This document shows positions 62,530 to 64,000 of a stretch of 64,000 nt of DNA, in pieces. This DNA is from a virus. Lineage: Duplodnaviria; Caudoviricetes. Position 1 is the first letter of the stretch, and each line of letters begins with the position of its first letter. The DNA lies in the IMG/VR virus record IMGVR_UViG_3300049793_000123, positions 1,919 through 65,918 of that record; one strand, 5' to 3'. Under the pieces are notes generated by a model. The model searched no databases. It saw nothing but the letters and a program-made list of their open reading frames with translations, and was not told where the DNA came from. The translations under genes were made by a program, and so were the position numbers.

Positions 62530-63290
62530 TCCTTTTTCAAATCCTCCGGGTTTCGATCAACCGTTCCAAGGTAATTCAGCCACCGCGTCTTGAGCTTGGC
62601 CTGATTCCGCAGGATGATCCAGCCGATGTCCGGGATGTCTTTAATGGTGGCAGAGCGAAGGTGATTGATTTCCAACTCGACCTGACGGATCGACCAGCCT
62701 TGGGCGCGCACCCGAAACGACAGGTCGGTGTCCTCGCAGCAGACCAATTCAAAACAGGTGGCGAATAGTGGCTCGCCCGCAGGAATCGCCTTGCGGCGCA
62801 CCATGAGGCAAGCGCCGTCGATATATTCGATGAACTCCCCGGCGTAGCCAATGAGCGCGCATTGCCCCACAGTGCCATCTTGATTGATGACCGGCTCCTG
62901 CACAGCGATTGAGCATGGTGAGCCTTCCACCCCGGTTATGGCGCACAGGTGGTCCTTCAGGAATGGTTCTTCCATCGCCTTCAGCCATCCCTCTGGCACC
63001 TCGGTGTCGTTGTTCAGGGCGATGAAGTATTGGCCCTGAGAATCCGCGAAGGCTTGGTTGTGGCCTTTGACGAACCCAATGTTTTCGAGATGGGTGAAAA
63101 CTACGATGCGCGTGGTATTTGGTGAGCGCAGATTCAGGAAGTATTCCACGGTGCCGTCTCGCGCCCCGTTGCTCGTCAGGAACAACTCGAACTCGCCGGG
63201 CGGGGAGTGGCGCAAGACGGACTCGACGCAACGCTTGGTCATTTCGAGGCCGTTCATAGCCAATATGCTGATGGAGTATTTGGTGGTCAT
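62508..63290 (-). CDS. glycosyltransferase family 2
   Basis: SISIL..N....T.RC.ES, NG..DGT, NIGF...NQ, LNNDT, GACLMVRR, EDTDLS.R. Confidence 0.9.
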   Translation of the reverse strand: MTTKYSISILAMNGLEMTKRCVESVLRHSPPGEFELFLTSNGARDGTVEYFLNLRSPNTTRIVVFTHLENIGFVKGHNQAFADSQGQYFIALNNDTEVPEGWLKAMEEPFLKDHLCAITGVEGSPCSIAVQEPVINQDGTVGQCALIGYAGEFIEYIDGACLMVRRKAIPAGEPLFATCFELVCCEDTDLSFRVRAQGWSIRQVELEINHLRSATIKDIPDIGWIILRNQAKLKTRWLNYLGTVDRNPEDLKKDWATIQS

Positions 63291-63294
63291 TTAG

Positions 63295-64000
63295 TTACGT
63301 CAATTGTGCCGGTTGCCAAATTTCCTTGCCCTTCACCAACCCACCCGCCCTCCAGTTGATCGCCTCTTGCACGGTCTTGCAGGAGGGATGGACGCCCTCC
63401 ATGTGCCACACGCCGATGCTCGGGTTGAGCATCTTGAGGTAACGGGCGTCGGGAACTTGATCTGAAAGGCGGACGCTCAGGAGTTCGTAGTCTCCTTTCT
63501 TGTTCAGGCGCTTGTTCGGCAGCACGTGCAACATGCGCTCAATCCCAACCCGGCGCAGCAACTCGCGGCGTTGCTCCACGTTCTCGACCGTCAGGACTTT
63601 CGATGGGTCGATTTCCTCCGCGCGAGTCTCGATCATCCACGGCTCCAGCCTCACGCCGTTCGTCGCGTAGATGCTCCAGCCATCTGGATAGGCCAATGCC
63701 GCGCCGGTTTCGCAGTGCAGTTGGCCTGCGGTGTTTCTGTTGAGCACGTTGTGACGTTCGGAAACGAAGCACCAGTGTTCGTGTGGCAAGAACCATCCGG
63801 CGGATTGGGCGAGTTCGGTTAGTGGGAGAAGTGGCGCTGTGATTTCGTCGAGGCCGCACACCACGCGAAAGAAGTCGTAGAACGACAGCCAATTAGAATC
63901 GTGCTGTCCGTAACCAGATTGCCAGTAAATATCCCTGACCTGATCCCCGACCTGAGCCCCGACCTGAGCCCAGACCTGAGCCCTGACCTGAGCCCCGACC
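63295..64000 (-). CDS. DUF6745-like protein, 5'-truncated by the window end
   Basis: Frame open to 63999: (V[GRW][AD]Q)n...GQHD..WLSFYDFF...LH.E.G.AL.YPDGW.IY..NGV...N.E.RR. Confidence 0.75.
   Translation of the reverse strand, partial: VGAQVRAQVWAQVGAQVGDQVRDIYWQSGYGQHDSNWLSFYDFFRVVCGLDEITAPLLPLTELAQSAGWFLPHEHWCFVSERHNVLNRNTAGQLHCETGAALAYPDGWSIYATNGVRLEPWMIETRAEEIDPSKVLTVENVEQRRELLRRVGIERMLHVLPNKRLNKKGDYELLSVRLSDQVPDARYLKMLNPSIGVWHMEGVHPSCKTVQEAINWRAGGLVKGKEIWQPAQLT
63933..64000 (-). repeat. 12-bp tandem repeat GTC-NGG-GMT-CAG
   Basis: At least 5.5 units; continues past the window end. Confidence 0.9.

Noticed and set aside
63933-64000. CRISPR array
   Set aside because: Units are 12 bp with no spacers, lie in frame inside a CDS, and no cas genes are present.
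1-64000. Integrated prophage boundaries or host genes
   Set aside because: No integrase, att-like duplication or host housekeeping operon is visible; the whole window reads as phage.

Overview
The window is a contiguous part of a tailed dsDNA phage genome, most likely with a short (podovirus-like) tail: there is no tape measure or sheath gene, and there are a nozzle-like gene and a 2835-aa internal-protein gene. No integrase, rRNA or CRISPR array is visible. From left to right it contains: (1) leftward small early-type ORFs (1-3300) around a possible terminus or regulatory region; (2) a T4 Rnl1-like RNA ligase, small ORFs and two XRE-HTH regulators (3900-10950); (3) a ~0.9-kb non-coding array with one near-canonical tRNA-Asp(GUC), four tRNA-shaped RNAs with aberrant anticodon arms and two other structured RNAs (10994-11878); (4) a long leftward replication/recombination/metabolism block with a lytic transglycosylase, VRR-NUC, a DnaB helicase interrupted by one in-frame TGA, a C5-methyltransferase whose motif IX lies in an overlapping frame, MazG, a replication initiator, RecE/RecT, a Nampt-like + PRPP-synthetase-like pair matching the NARP1 NAD+-reconstitution anti-defence pathway, HNH-AP2 and terminase; (5) a rightward morphogenesis block with portal, scaffold, capsid, adaptor, collar and nozzle genes, two fibre-like genes carrying apparent Sec signal peptides, holin-like and lipoprotein genes, and ejection proteins including a polyvalent-type giant; (6) a leftward block with a DHH phosphoesterase, a deletion scar, two glycosyltransferase genes (four GT domains) and a DUF6745-like repeat gene truncated by the window end. 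The best candidates for something new are the anticodon-remodelled tRNA-like array near an RNA ligase, and the signal-peptide-bearing, Thr-Asn-rich fibre proteins together with Cys-rich virion proteins and phage glycosyltransferases. All family assignments come from motif recognition by eye and from synteny; no database searches were run.
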